DNA of 64,000 nt, from NCBI GenBank assembly GCA_963830915.1, contig CAWHOE010000064.1:128001-192000 (forward strand), given 5' to 3'. A model generated the notes under the pieces. The model saw only the letters and a program-made list of their open reading frames with translations, did not search any database and had not been told where the DNA came from. The translations under genes and the position numbers were made by a program. Positions 38,548 through 48,430 of the stretch are shown here, in pieces. Source of the stretch: a candidate division FCPU426 bacterium (GTDB taxonomy: Bacteria > Oederibacteriota > Muellerivitia > Muellerivitales > Muellerivitaceae). Each line of letters begins with the position of its first letter. The first letter of the stretch is position 1.

Positions 38548-39558
38548 TCAGTACCTTAAAAGCAGGTCTAGCATCTTCCGATCGAGGCCGTGGCCTTTGA
38601 AATCCTCATAGGCCACATCGGCCCGGTTGCTGTCCATGACCCCGAAATTACCCTTCAGGTTCCAGAGAGCCCAGCCCCAACCAGCCTCTTTCCAAAGCTG
38701 TAGCTGGTCCTCCATCCAGGCCAGGACCACCCCGTGAGGCGTCTTGCTATGGCATCCCCATTCCCCCACGACCACCCCGACCCCCTGGGCTTCCAGGGCT
38801 TTCCAGGGCTCGATGGTGTTCTTCCTCAGCCAGGCCTTGTCATAGACCACGCCCTCATGGCGCAAAGGCCAGGCCGGCGGGGGGAAATGAGCGGCGGGCG
38901 GGAACCAGGAAGCCTGATGGTGGCTGATAGGCATGGGCTGGTAGCCCCTGGCGCCCTGGGCGACCTCGAAGGGAATAAGTTCCGGGACAGGCGTCGCCCC
39001 GGCGTCCAAACCATCCGCGATGATGAGCCTCTGAGGGTCTTCCGCCCGGATAGCCTCCACCAGCACCTGGACCACTTTGGCGTAAGCGGCGCTATCCACC
39101 CCGTTGGGTTCGTTGAGTAGGTCGAAGCTCAATTCGTCGTTGGGGATGCCTTGGTAACGCCTGGCGAAAAAGTCCCAGTGCTTGGCGAAAACATCCTGGA
39201 CTTCCCTTTCCGTCCAGAGGTCCCGGGATTCCTTAGGCAGGTTGATGCAATAGCCCGGCGCCCGGTGGACATTCAGGCAGATATGAAGCCCGTACTTCTT
39301 GCCCCAGCCCACCGCCCGGTCGATATCCTTGAAGATGGCCTCGTCGATGACGTTCCAATCGCCGTTCTTGCTCCAGATACGGTAATCCATGGGCAAGCGG
39401 GCGAAGTTGAACCCCCAATCAGAGATGAGTTGGAACTCGTCCTCTTGGAAGCCTGGGTTGCTGTGCTGGAGGGAATAACGTCCCAGGAGATTGAACCCCC
39501 GCCATCGGGGCAGACGCGAATGGGTCGCCGGCGGCAGGGCCGCCCGGGGCTGGGTCAT
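38548..39558 (-). CDS. Glycoside hydrolase family 5
   Basis: WRGFNL, GFNFARLP, HRAPG, LLNEP (acid/base), VGEWG (nucleophile), GWALW. Confidence 0.92.
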   Translation of the reverse strand: MTQPRAALPPATHSRLPRWRGFNLLGRYSLQHSNPGFQEDEFQLISDWGFNFARLPMDYRIWSKNGDWNVIDEAIFKDIDRAVGWGKKYGLHICLNVHRAPGYCINLPKESRDLWTEREVQDVFAKHWDFFARRYQGIPNDELSFDLLNEPNGVDSAAYAKVVQVLVEAIRAEDPQRLIIADGLDAGATPVPELIPFEVAQGARGYQPMPISHHQASWFPPAAHFPPPAWPLRHEGVVYDKAWLRKNTIEPWKALEAQGVGVVVGEWGCHSKTPHGVVLAWMEDQLQLWKEAGWGWALWNLKGNFGVMDSNRADVAYEDFKGHGLDRKMLDLLLRY

Positions 39559-39571
39559 CGGAACCCGTCGG

Positions 39572-40021
39572 TCATTTGGACATCTGGGAGATGAGGTACT
39601 GGTTGATCTTTTCCAGGTCTTCCTGGTTGATGGCCATGGTCCGCACGCCCGCTCGGTGGATGACCCGGCCCATTTCCTTGAACGACTCGGTATGGACCAC
39701 TTCGGCCAGGAACTTCAGCACCGACTTGTATTTGGGAAGATGCAGGCCGATCTCCACCACCCCGCCCATGGGGAAGGGCTGTTCGCCCACCAGCGCCAAA
39801 CCGCCCATCGAGATGTCCTTGGTGACCGCGTGATAAAGGGAGGACGTCTTGGAAAGCTCGGGGAGCTGATCCACCGTGGTGTTCTTGTAGTTGGTATTCT
39901 CCAATATCTTCTTGGAGTCCTTGGGGTCCACCAGGCGGTAGTCGGCCTTCAAGGTGGCGACGACCCGCTCGAACTGACGTTTCTCGACCCAGCCTGATTT
40001 GGTGGCCATAAGTTCCCCCAT
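39572..40021 (-). CDS. PilZ domain protein
   Basis: EKRQFER (RxxxR) and DISMGG (DxSxxG). Confidence 0.85.
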   Translation of the reverse strand: MGELMATKSGWVEKRQFERVVATLKADYRLVDPKDSKKILENTNYKNTTVDQLPELSKTSSLYHAVTKDISMGGLALVGEQPFPMGGVVEIGLHLPKYKSVLKFLAEVVHTESFKEMGRVIHRAGVRTMAINQEDLEKINQYLISQMSK

Positions 40022-40148
40022 TCCCGTGAGCTTTATCTTTTTCTATTTTAGGCGATAAAGGGGGTTCCCATTTGGAATTTTGCCCCTATGTAAAAAGCGA
40101 ATGACCCGATTATGGCAGGAAAGACACCGCCGACTTCGCGGACTATCA

Positions 40149-40298
40149 TTCCCCCTTTGAAAAAGGGGGTTAGGGGGTATTAGACATTTCCGATCTGTAC
40201 GACAAGGCTAACTCCCCCTTGATCCCCCTCTTTCATGCTGTTCCTCATATGAAATTAAAATAATGAGAACAGTATAGTGCTTTAGCACAGAGGGGGAA
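40149..40298. repeat. Intergenic CCCCCTTT..AAAGGGGG-type inverted-repeat element
   Basis: TCCCCCTTTGAAAAAGGGGGTTAGGGGG, then inverted CCCCCTTGATCCCCCTCT...AGAGGGGGA. Confidence 0.6.
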
Positions 40299-40391
40299 AA
40301 CGCTGTGCCTCACAAGAATTGAATAAATCACAAGCGCTTTGTACATAGATATGTGGATTTTTGTGAGGAGATGGCCAAAAAAGCCCCGGTC

Positions 40392-41036
40392 TTACAGATA
40401 CTTCAATATCTTTCCCAGGTCCCGTCCGGTCAATTCCACATCGGCCAGGCCCTTGAGGAATCCGTCATGGTTCATGGCGATACGGAAACCGGCGATCTTG
40501 AAAACTTCCCGGTCCGAACGGCTGTCGCCCACCGCGACCGTGCGGGAAAGGGGGACGCCATGTTCCTTCGCCAACTTCCTGAGGAAAAGCGCCTTCTCGT
40601 GTTCCTGGTAAATTTTCATGCCCCGGCCCGTGATGACGCCCTTTTTGATCTCCAAGGTGGTACCCCGGACCTGGTCGAAGCCGTAACGCTCCTGGAAGAA
40701 CCTGGCCGAAAGCTCGTAACCCAGGGTGGAAAGGACCACGTAAAAGCCCCGCTTCTTCAGGGCCCGGACGGTCTTGCCGATATTGCGCATCTTGGGGATG
40801 GCCCCCAGGGCCTTTTCGATGTCCTTGAGCTTCCAGCCCTTCATGCGGCCCGTGACCTGGCGGGCCAGGGTGAGATGGTCTGTCTTGTCCGCCAGCCATT
40901 CCAGCTCCAGCTTCCTGAAAAAAGCCTCCTCGCCCATCTTTCGGAAGATGAAGCGGGTGGTGGAAACCCCATAGGTGAGGGTCCCATCAAGGTCGAAAAG
41001 GATGAGGCGGTCAGGTTTGGTGGAGGGTTTGGTCAT
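40392..41036 (-). CDS. HAD-IB phosphatase (SerB-like)
   Basis: FDLDGTL, VGDSRSD. Confidence 0.88.
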   Translation of the reverse strand: MTKPSTKPDRLILFDLDGTLTYGVSTTRFIFRKMGEEAFFRKLELEWLADKTDHLTLARQVTGRMKGWKLKDIEKALGAIPKMRNIGKTVRALKKRGFYVVLSTLGYELSARFFQERYGFDQVRGTTLEIKKGVITGRGMKIYQEHEKALFLRKLAKEHGVPLSRTVAVGDSRSDREVFKIAGFRIAMNHDGFLKGLADVELTGRDLGKILKYL

Positions 41037-41165
41037 GGAGCGTTCCTTTGATCATTCCGCGCCGGGATCGCCAATTTCCTTTTAGCGTCCAATTGAGCCA
41101 AATATAATTTAGCCGGCGTGAGGTCCAATGACGAACTAGCGGCCTTTTGAAAATATGGCCGGGCA

Positions 41166-43160
41166 TCAGCGGAATCTGCCTTCATCCATCAGCAAAACTC
41201 CCGCGGCCGTCAAGGCTTGAGGAAGCGGGTATCCCTTTTTTAGTCCCTCTTGGATGATCCCAAGGGCTTCCTGGTCGTTCCGGCAGGTCAATTTGGAAAA
41301 AAACAATTTTTCCATGACGCAGGACCCCAAAAAAGGGTCGCCCTCCGTCAAACTTCCGGCCTTGACCATGTCCCTGGCGATCAATCCCGGCTCGTCCCCT
41401 TTCAAGGCGTTCATGGCGCGGATCCGCAATCCATGGAAATAGTCCTCCAATTTGATCCATCGCCCCAAAGCCGGGCTGTTCTCCGGGGTGACCGGAATGA
41501 TCCCCAAGGTCAACCCTCCATAACGCCAGAAGATATCCTCCCCCAGATCTACCCACCGAGCCTGGGGAAAACGCTTCTCCAAAAAAGGACGGTAATGGAC
41601 ATTCACGAACACCGCCGCCCACTTGGCTTCCGGCGCGGCGGAACCCAATTCCAGGCGATCGAAAGGTTGGACCGCGACATCCAGGGTTTCATCCCATAAA
41701 TTGGGCCGCAAGTTCAAGAAAATTTCGCCGGGGCCTGACCGCGCGTTCTGGTCCCTCAAGACGCCATAGGCTTTCGAAAATACGTCCGCCTGCGGGGAAT
41801 CGTTCATGAACATCCGGCTGAGATTCCTGGCGTCCAACGAGAAGGAAAGGATGAGGACCGCCCCCACGATCCACCACCTTCCTTGGGTCGGCAGCCGGGC
41901 GGCCAGCGTCACCGCGCCCAGAACAATGACCATCAAAAGCAACGGCAGGGTCTGTAAGATCCTAAAAACATCGAAATCCTTCGTGAGAAACCCTGGGAGG
42001 AATAACAACACCAAGCCTAAAACCAGCCAGCGGACGAAGGGTTCGCTTCTTCTTCTCCAGCATTCCAACAGGCCCAGGAAAAAGAAGGAACCCAGAAGGG
42101 GGTTCAGCATCCCGCCCCAAGCCGGGCCGTAACTGCCTCCCTGGTCCCTGCCCCAAAACAGACAACTCATATAGGAAAAAGAATTCAGGAAACGGGAGAG
42201 AGGTTCGTTCCCCCAATCGCCCAAAAGGAACTTTATATGGGCTCCGTTCCCTTCCCTCAACGAAACCAGCATAAAGAATCCAAGGAAAACCAAGACCGGG
42301 ATCAAAAACATGATCTTCGATCCCCATTCCCCTGGATGTTTTGAGGCGATCCCGGATAAAACCGCGATCCCGACCACCAGCGCCACCACTCCCCAGGGAA
42401 TGGCGATGAAAAAACCGATCCCGATGGCCAAACCTAATAGCGCAGCCGCTTGTTTCCTCCGCTTTTCATCCCGTGCCTCGGCCCATTCCGCGAGGAGGAA
42501 CAAGGTCAGGAATTCCCAGGCCATGAACAGGGTCAAACTTAAGCAAAAAAATCCAGCGTACAAAGGCCAAAGTCCCAACGCCGTGAACGAAAGGAAAAAG
42601 AAAGCGAACGAACCGGAAAATATCTTCCGGACCCCGAAAAAGGCCAGAAATAGACACACTAACCCGACAATGAATGGGACCAGACGCATGGTGAAAATCG
42701 AGGCGGGGACCAGCTTGAAAAACATGGCCAAGAGCCAATAAAAAACCGGGGGGATCTGAACCTGGCTGAAAAAAAAGCGCCACTCCCATCGACGGGAAAG
42801 ATCCAGCGCGTAAGTGGCCCCAAGAGCGTCATCCAAAGCCGGCCATCGGTTCATAAGATCCTGAAGATAATAAACCCGTACCAGGATACCGATCAAAAGC
42901 ACCACCCCAAGCGGCTTGGAAAAAGAGCCCCCGAGGAACTCTTCCCGATAGAAAGGGGTACCATCGGCTTGGGGTTTTCTCGACTCGATCCCGGCCAGGA
43001 TCAGTGGAAGTACCAGACCCATGAGGCCAATGGTCAGTTTTGGGATGAGCCCCAATGGGAAGTAGGACAAAAGGATGTTGGAGATCAGGAAAAGCAGGAA
43101 ACAAAGCGAAGGGTTGAGACGGACCTGATCTTTAAATACCCGTGAAAAGGATGGGTTCAT
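41166..43160 (-). CDS. GT-C (PMT_2/ArnT-like) membrane glycosyltransferase; C-terminus probably frameshifted
   Basis: WPALDD, PPVFYW, MRLVP, GMLNPLLG..FFLG; an alternative frame DARPYFQKAA...RNAP continues to a TGA overlapping the ATG at 41036. Confidence 0.7.
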   Translation of the reverse strand: MNPSFSRVFKDQVRLNPSLCFLLFLISNILLSYFPLGLIPKLTIGLMGLVLPLILAGIESRKPQADGTPFYREEFLGGSFSKPLGVVLLIGILVRVYYLQDLMNRWPALDDALGATYALDLSRRWEWRFFFSQVQIPPVFYWLLAMFFKLVPASIFTMRLVPFIVGLVCLFLAFFGVRKIFSGSFAFFFLSFTALGLWPLYAGFFCLSLTLFMAWEFLTLFLLAEWAEARDEKRRKQAAALLGLAIGIGFFIAIPWGVVALVVGIAVLSGIASKHPGEWGSKIMFLIPVLVFLGFFMLVSLREGNGAHIKFLLGDWGNEPLSRFLNSFSYMSCLFWGRDQGGSYGPAWGGMLNPLLGSFFFLGLLECWRRRSEPFVRWLVLGLVLLFLPGFLTKDFDVFRILQTLPLLLMVIVLGAVTLAARLPTQGRWWIVGAVLILSFSLDARNLSRMFMNDSPQADVFSKAYGVLRDQNARSGPGEIFLNLRPNLWDETLDVAVQPFDRLELGSAAPEAKWAAVFVNVHYRPFLEKRFPQARWVDLGEDIFWRYGGLTLGIIPVTPENSPALGRWIKLEDYFHGLRIRAMNALKGDEPGLIARDMVKAGSLTEGDPFLGSCVMEKLFFSKLTCRNDQEALGIIQEGLKKGYPLPQALTAAGVLLMDEGRFR

Positions 43161-43214
43161 GCCTGGGATTCTAACATACTCCCATAGTTCCACCCATGTC
43201 CGCCGGGCCCCCCC

Positions 43215-43254
43215 AAAAAAAGGGGCCAAGAAAAGATGGATTTTCTTAGCCCCT
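43215..43254 (-). terminator. Rho-independent terminator of icd
   Basis: Minus strand AGGGGCTAAGAAAA-loop-TTTTCTTGGCCCCT followed by a T run. Confidence 0.8.
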
Positions 43255-43275
43255 GTTTCAAACGAAGGTTTCAGC

Positions 43276-44535
43276 TCAGCCCATGTTCCCGATGACGGCG
43301 GTGGCGAACTCGGAGCACTTCACCTCTTTCGCCCCCTCGGTCAAACGCGCGAAGTCGTAAGTGACGACCTTTTGCCCGATGGTCTTGTCCAGCGATTTCA
43401 CGATGAGCTCGGCCGCCTCTTTCCAACCCATGTACTCGAACATCATGACGCCCGACAGCACCACCGAGCCCGGGTTCACCTTGTCCAGGTTGGCGTACTT
43501 GGGGGCCGTGCCGTGGGTCGCCTCGAAGATGGCGTGGCCCGAGACGTAGTTGATGTTGCCTCCGGGAGCGATGCCGATGCCCCCGACCTGGGCAGCCAGG
43601 GCGTCCGACAGGTAGTCGCCGTTCAGGTTCAAGGTCGCGATGACGTCGAACTCGTCCGGACGGGTCAGGACCTGCTGAAGGGTGATGTCGGCGATGGAGT
43701 CCTTGATGACCAGGCCGGCCCCGGGCTTGCCCTCGGGGATCTTGCACCACGGCCCGCCGTCCAGCTCCACCGCGCCGAATTCCTTCTTGGCCAAGGCGTA
43801 GCCCCAGTCACGGAAGGCCCCTTCCGTGTACTTCATGATGTTGCCCTTGTGGACGAAATTGACGCTCTTGCGTTTCTCGCGGATGGCGTACTGGATGGCG
43901 GCCCGCACCAGCCGCTCGGTGCCTTCCCGGGAAACGGGCTTGATGCCGATGCCGGAGGTCTGGGGGAAACGGATCTTCTTGACCCCCATCTCTTTCTGGA
44001 GGAAGTCGATGATCTTTTTCGCCTCGGGCGATTCGGCGGCCCACTCGATGCCGGCGTAGATATCCTCAGTATTCTCCCGGAAGATCACCATGTCCACTTT
44101 TTCCGGGCGCTTGACCGGCGAGGGGACGCCCTGGAAATAACGGACCGGGCGCAGGCAGACGTAAAGGTCCAACAGCTGGCGCAGGGCCACGTTGAGGGAG
44201 CGGATGCCGCCGCCCACGGGGGTCGTCAGGGGGCCCTTGATGCCCACCAGGTATTCCTTGAAGGCCTCGACGGTGTCGTCGGGCAGCCAGTTCTGGAACT
44301 TGTCGAAGGCCGTCTGGCCGGCGAAAACCTCGAACCAGGAGATCTTCCTTTTTCCGCCGTAGGCTTTCTGCACCGCCGCGTCGAATACTCGCACCGAGGC
44401 GCGCCAAATATCCGGGCCCGTCCCGTCTCCCTCGATGAAAGGCATGATCGGATGATCGGGTACTTTCAATATCCCATTGTTAATGGTGATCTTTTCGCCC
44501 GAGGGCGGTTTCACATTCTGGTAGGTGTATGACAC
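43276..44535 (-). CDS. icd: NADP-dependent isocitrate dehydrogenase
   Basis: [50 protein letters not shown]. Confidence 0.97.
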   Translation of the reverse strand: MSYTYQNVKPPSGEKITINNGILKVPDHPIMPFIEGDGTGPDIWRASVRVFDAAVQKAYGGKRKISWFEVFAGQTAFDKFQNWLPDDTVEAFKEYLVGIKGPLTTPVGGGIRSLNVALRQLLDLYVCLRPVRYFQGVPSPVKRPEKVDMVIFRENTEDIYAGIEWAAESPEAKKIIDFLQKEMGVKKIRFPQTSGIGIKPVSREGTERLVRAAIQYAIREKRKSVNFVHKGNIMKYTEGAFRDWGYALAKKEFGAVELDGGPWCKIPEGKPGAGLVIKDSIADITLQQVLTRPDEFDVIATLNLNGDYLSDALAAQVGGIGIAPGGNINYVSGHAIFEATHGTAPKYANLDKVNPGSVVLSGVMMFEYMGWKEAAELIVKSLDKTIGQKVVTYDFARLTEGAKEVKCSEFATAVIGNMG

Positions 44536-44747
44536 GAGGCTCCCCTTTCAAACATAATTTCCCCTCCGCCCGGCGGATCCTTTGGACCGGTCCCTGGAAA
44601 TGTCCTGGATTTTAAAGAGCTTTTCAAAGGACAAGGAACTGAGGAAAGGACTGCGCCCGCTCAAAAAACAAGGAGCGGAAAGACTTCCATATAAGGACGC
44701 AGTTTAAAGCGGGGCTGGGGGAGCGTCAAGAAAGGGAATAGAAAATC

Positions 44748-46055
44748 TCAGCTTTCGGACGGGGAAATGTTACGGAAATCCTTTGGTTTCAAACCATACC
44801 GGCGCATCTTGCGCTGAAGGGTCTTGAGGCTCAACCCGGCGAGTTCGGAAGCGTCCTTCAGACAGCCGTTCGTTTTCGTCAGGGCGTCCACCAGGTAAGC
44901 CTGTTCCGTGATGTTCATCAGGTCGCCCAGCCTGGCGGTCTGGGGCGGGGTAATGGCGATATCCAGTTTTTCGATCTCAGGACCTGTCGCCAACAGGCAG
45001 GCCCGCTCGATCTGGGATTCCAGCTCCCGGATATTCCCCGGCCAACCGTAGGTCATGAGCTGGCAAAGGGCTTCCTTCCCCAGTTTTTCCGCTGGGGAGC
45101 CGGTCAAGACCTTGAAGGTCTCGATGAAATGATGAGCGAGGAACGGCAGGTCCTGGCGTCTTTCCCGAAGGGCCGGGAGCCTCAAGAGATGGGAGGCGAA
45201 GCGGTTGTACAGGTCGAGCCGGAAAATTTCCTGCTGGACCATGCCGTACACATCCAGGGTGGTGGCGCCGATGACGCGGGGCCGGTCCTTGTCCCCCGAC
45301 CCGGCGAGCTTGGAGGCCAGGGTCTTCTGCCCCGTCTCGCCCAGACGGCAGATATCGTCCAGGTAGAGGGTTCCCCCTTGGGTTTTCTCCCAGGCCCCTC
45401 CCGCCCCGAACAACCCGTCCGAACTATCCCCGTTGGAACCGGCCACACAATGGAAAATGCGGAAGGGCCCGTTGGCCCGGGGACTGCGTTGATGCAGGGC
45501 CTTGGCGAAGGATTTCTTGCCAGTCCCTTTCTCGCCCTGGAGAAGCACGGGATGATCGTCATCGGACCATTGGGCCATCTGGTCGAAGACCAGGCCGAAG
45601 GCCTTGTCGCGGCTGGATATCTTACCCGCGGTCTGGGGCAGGGGGGCGCCTTTGGATATCTGGGTGATATCCTTCACCACTTCCACCGCGTACTCGACCT
45701 TCTTGTTGGCGCCGAAAATGGGAAAGACGGAGACCTGGAAATTGCGGGTGACACCCTTCTGGGCGAAGGTGGTGTAGCTGACCAGTTCCTCTCCCCGCTC
45801 GAAGACCTTGGTCATGTTGCAGAAGACGCATCTTTCCTTGAAGCCGTAAAAGGATTGGTAACAGGCCTTGCCCCGGACCTCGTTCAGGTCCATGTCCAGG
45901 TTCTTGCGGGACATCTCGTTGACGAAGACCACACGGTACTGCGGATCGATGATCTTCACCGACTCGGGCATACCATCCAGGACGCTTCTCAGGAAGGGGG
46001 CTTTGGTATAAAGGGCGGGAGGGCGGAAACGCCGGGGGCTCATAGGACCCGGCAT
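44748..46055 (-). CDS. PAS + degenerate NtrC-type AAA+ + Fis-HTH regulator
   Basis: PAS N-terminus, GEKGTGK, GGTLYLDDI, FRLDLYNR, WPGNIRELE, C-terminal HTH; no GAFTGA. Confidence 0.85.
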   Translation of the reverse strand: MPGPMSPRRFRPPALYTKAPFLRSVLDGMPESVKIIDPQYRVVFVNEMSRKNLDMDLNEVRGKACYQSFYGFKERCVFCNMTKVFERGEELVSYTTFAQKGVTRNFQVSVFPIFGANKKVEYAVEVVKDITQISKGAPLPQTAGKISSRDKAFGLVFDQMAQWSDDDHPVLLQGEKGTGKKSFAKALHQRSPRANGPFRIFHCVAGSNGDSSDGLFGAGGAWEKTQGGTLYLDDICRLGETGQKTLASKLAGSGDKDRPRVIGATTLDVYGMVQQEIFRLDLYNRFASHLLRLPALRERRQDLPFLAHHFIETFKVLTGSPAEKLGKEALCQLMTYGWPGNIRELESQIERACLLATGPEIEKLDIAITPPQTARLGDLMNITEQAYLVDALTKTNGCLKDASELAGLSLKTLQRKMRRYGLKPKDFRNISPSES

Positions 46056-46089
46056 GCCCTCTCGCGGATTGAACGGCTCAATGTCGACC

Positions 46090-46767
46090 TCAGTTTTTGG
46101 AGATCGAAGACGACTGGGTTCCCTGCGCCGGGGCGGCGTTCTCCGCCTTCTCGACGGCCGGGCCAGGAACGAAATGCTTCATGCGCTTCTTCATTTCCAA
46201 CAGGTCCTTGCGGATGACCGTGAGCTTCTCGGCCAATTCCTGCTCCTCGCCGAAGACCTCGATGGCCTTTTCCAACAGCTTGAGGGATTCCTGCTGAAGG
46301 GCGGACTCGCCCTGGACGATGGCGGAAAAGTCATGGCCCGCGTTGTCCACGGCCCCATCCAGGGTCAGGGTGACCGGGATGCCGGTCAGGTCGAACAGGG
46401 TCTTGACCAGGGTCTGGTAATGGCGTTGGGCCAGGGAAAGCATCTGCCAGACGGCCTTGATCGACTCCTCGTCGTCATGCCCCACATTGGAGGTGGCGGA
46501 AGCCAGGATCAAAACACGCTTGTAGGACACCTGGAGGATCTGGAAAAGGATCGCCGCTTTGCGAAGGGTGATCTTGCTGATGTGGGTCTTGTTATTGAGT
46601 AGGACCTTGACCTCGTTGAGCTTGGACTCGCATTGCTCGAGAAGCTCACGATTCGCCCTGGCGTCCCTGGGACTGATACGAAGGGCCCGGCTGGCGAGAT
46701 GCTGCACGTTCTGGCTCAAATACTCGACCGTTTCGATAAGCTGGAACAACGAAAAATAGAAATTCAT
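46090..46767 (-). CDS. Hypothetical helical protein
   Basis: 225-aa ORF, GGAGG RBS, host-like codon usage. Confidence 0.7.
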   Translation of the reverse strand: MNFYFSLFQLIETVEYLSQNVQHLASRALRISPRDARANRELLEQCESKLNEVKVLLNNKTHISKITLRKAAILFQILQVSYKRVLILASATSNVGHDDEESIKAVWQMLSLAQRHYQTLVKTLFDLTGIPVTLTLDGAVDNAGHDFSAIVQGESALQQESLKLLEKAIEVFGEEQELAEKLTVIRKDLLEMKKRMKHFVPGPAVEKAENAAPAQGTQSSSISKN

Positions 46768-47111
46768 GACCTGCCTCCCCTAACTTTTAGACCTTACTTT
46801 TGAAGCATTGAAAGGCTTTGAATTGTAGGCTAAAAGCGATTGAGTGGAGTGTACCTCTTGTACCTGTCCAAGTACACAAAAAAATGCTGATATGCCGGGA
46901 AAACGTTGTAAATAAAGGGTAAATTCGATGTTACAAATTACTACCAGGTATTCTTTATAACCTTAAAAACGGTCATTATTGTCTTTTTAATGTCATAATT
47001 TTAACTACCATTTAACCCCCAAATCTTTTCGTTTTAAATACCCAGTCTGGACTTGAAACCCAAACCCTTTCGAACGAATGATGGGCCACCAAAAAAAACG
47101 CGAGGTCGACC

Positions 47112-47564
47112 ATGATCAAAGAAGGACAAAAAGCGCCGGACTTTATTTTGAACGACGACCAGGGGAAAAAAGTTTCCTTGAAGGACCTGAAGGGAAAAGA
47201 GATCGTGCTCTACTTCTATCCCAAGGACATGACCCCGGGATGCACCCAGGAAGCCTGCGACTTCCGCGATAACTGGGGAGCGGTCAAGAAGAAGGGCGCG
47301 GTGGTGCTGGGGGTCAGCGCCGACCCGGTGAAGAAGCACGAGGCCTTCAAGGAAAAATACGAACTTCCCTTCACGCTCCTTTCCGACGAGGACAAAGGGA
47401 TGCTGAAGAAATACGGCGTCTGGAAGAAGAAAAAATTCATGGGGCGGGAATTCATGGGCATCGTCCGTACCACCCTGATCATCGGCAAGGATGGAAAGAT
47501 CCGAAAGATATGGTCACCCGTGAGTGTCAAAGATCACGTCAAGGAAGTGCTGGAGAATCTCTAA
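47112..47564 (+). CDS. bcp: Peroxiredoxin Q / BCP
   Basis: LYFYPKDMTPGCTQEACDFRD. Confidence 0.95.
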   Translation: MIKEGQKAPDFILNDDQGKKVSLKDLKGKEIVLYFYPKDMTPGCTQEACDFRDNWGAVKKKGAVVLGVSADPVKKHEAFKEKYELPFTLLSDEDKGMLKKYGVWKKKKFMGREFMGIVRTTLIIGKDGKIRKIWSPVSVKDHVKEVLENL

Positions 47565-47581
47565 AACCAAAAAGGCATTTA

Positions 47582-47700
47582 GCCACCGATTAACACAGAT
47601 AAACACTGATATTGAATATTTTGATCAAAAGTATCGGCATGATACCGGGCTCTTATATTTTTTTCCGGGAGTTCATCCTGTGTCTCTGTGCCTCTGTGCC
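47582..47700. repeat. Degenerate small intergenic inverted-repeat element
   Basis: GCCACCGATTAACACAGATAAACACTGAT ... CTGTGTCTCTGTGCCTCTGTGCC. Confidence 0.55.
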
Positions 47701-47792
47701 GATTAACCATAAAGAATCATTGAAATCGGTACTATACCGACCTCATACTCGATGTTTGGAATGTCGGCATGTGGTGAATTATTAGACGTTTC

Positions 47793-48131
47793 CTAATGAA
47801 TCTCTTTTTGAACCCGACGGCGGGGATCCTGTAGGGGGATGTAGTCGATCTCCACATCACCGGTCACCGAACATTGGCAGGCCAGCCGATAATTCCCCTT
47901 GGCCTGGGCCCTCTTCAGGGTCTGCGTTTCACGGTCCGAGGGTTCGGACAAGTTTTCCTGTCCCTTCAATACCTCGATGAGACAAGTGGTACACACCGCC
48001 CTCTCGCATCGGTACCGGATGGGCAGTTCGTAACGGAAGGTGGCGTCCACCAGGGTGTCGTCATGGTCCACCTGGCAGGACTGGCCCGTCCTGGGAAAAT
48101 GGATGTTTATCTTTGGGTCCGGCTCGGCCAT
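47793..48131 (-). CDS. 2Fe-2S ferredoxin
   Basis: CERAVCTTC and RLACQC. Confidence 0.88.
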   Translation of the reverse strand: MAEPDPKINIHFPRTGQSCQVDHDDTLVDATFRYELPIRYRCERAVCTTCLIEVLKGQENLSEPSDRETQTLKRAQAKGNYRLACQCSVTGDVEIDYIPLQDPRRRVQKEIH

Positions 48132-48310
48132 GGCCCCCCCTTTCAAGACCATGATAACCTTCACCATCCTAAAACCAACAGTTGAAATCCAAAAACCAGT
48201 TAAATGTTTTATTCCGATAAGAATTTTCAACTGTTCTCCGGTTCACCCAAAGGGCCATTCATCATTTCGGGATTTTTTATTGGATTTTCTTGGTGCCCTT
48301 GGTGCCCTTG

Positions 48311-48348
48311 CCCTTCGAGTGCCTCAGGGCCCTGAGTTTATCGAAGGG
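48311..48348. repeat. 38-bp palindromic element inserted in another repeat arm
   Basis: CCCTTCGAGTGCCTCAGGGCCCTGAGTTTATCGAAGGG. Confidence 0.75.
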
Positions 48349-48430
48349 GTGGTTCAATCGCCGTTTTTAGGTTTATTGATAAAAGGCCATCAAGCCCGGT
48401 ACAATGGTCCCATTCCATATCGAGGTGGCT

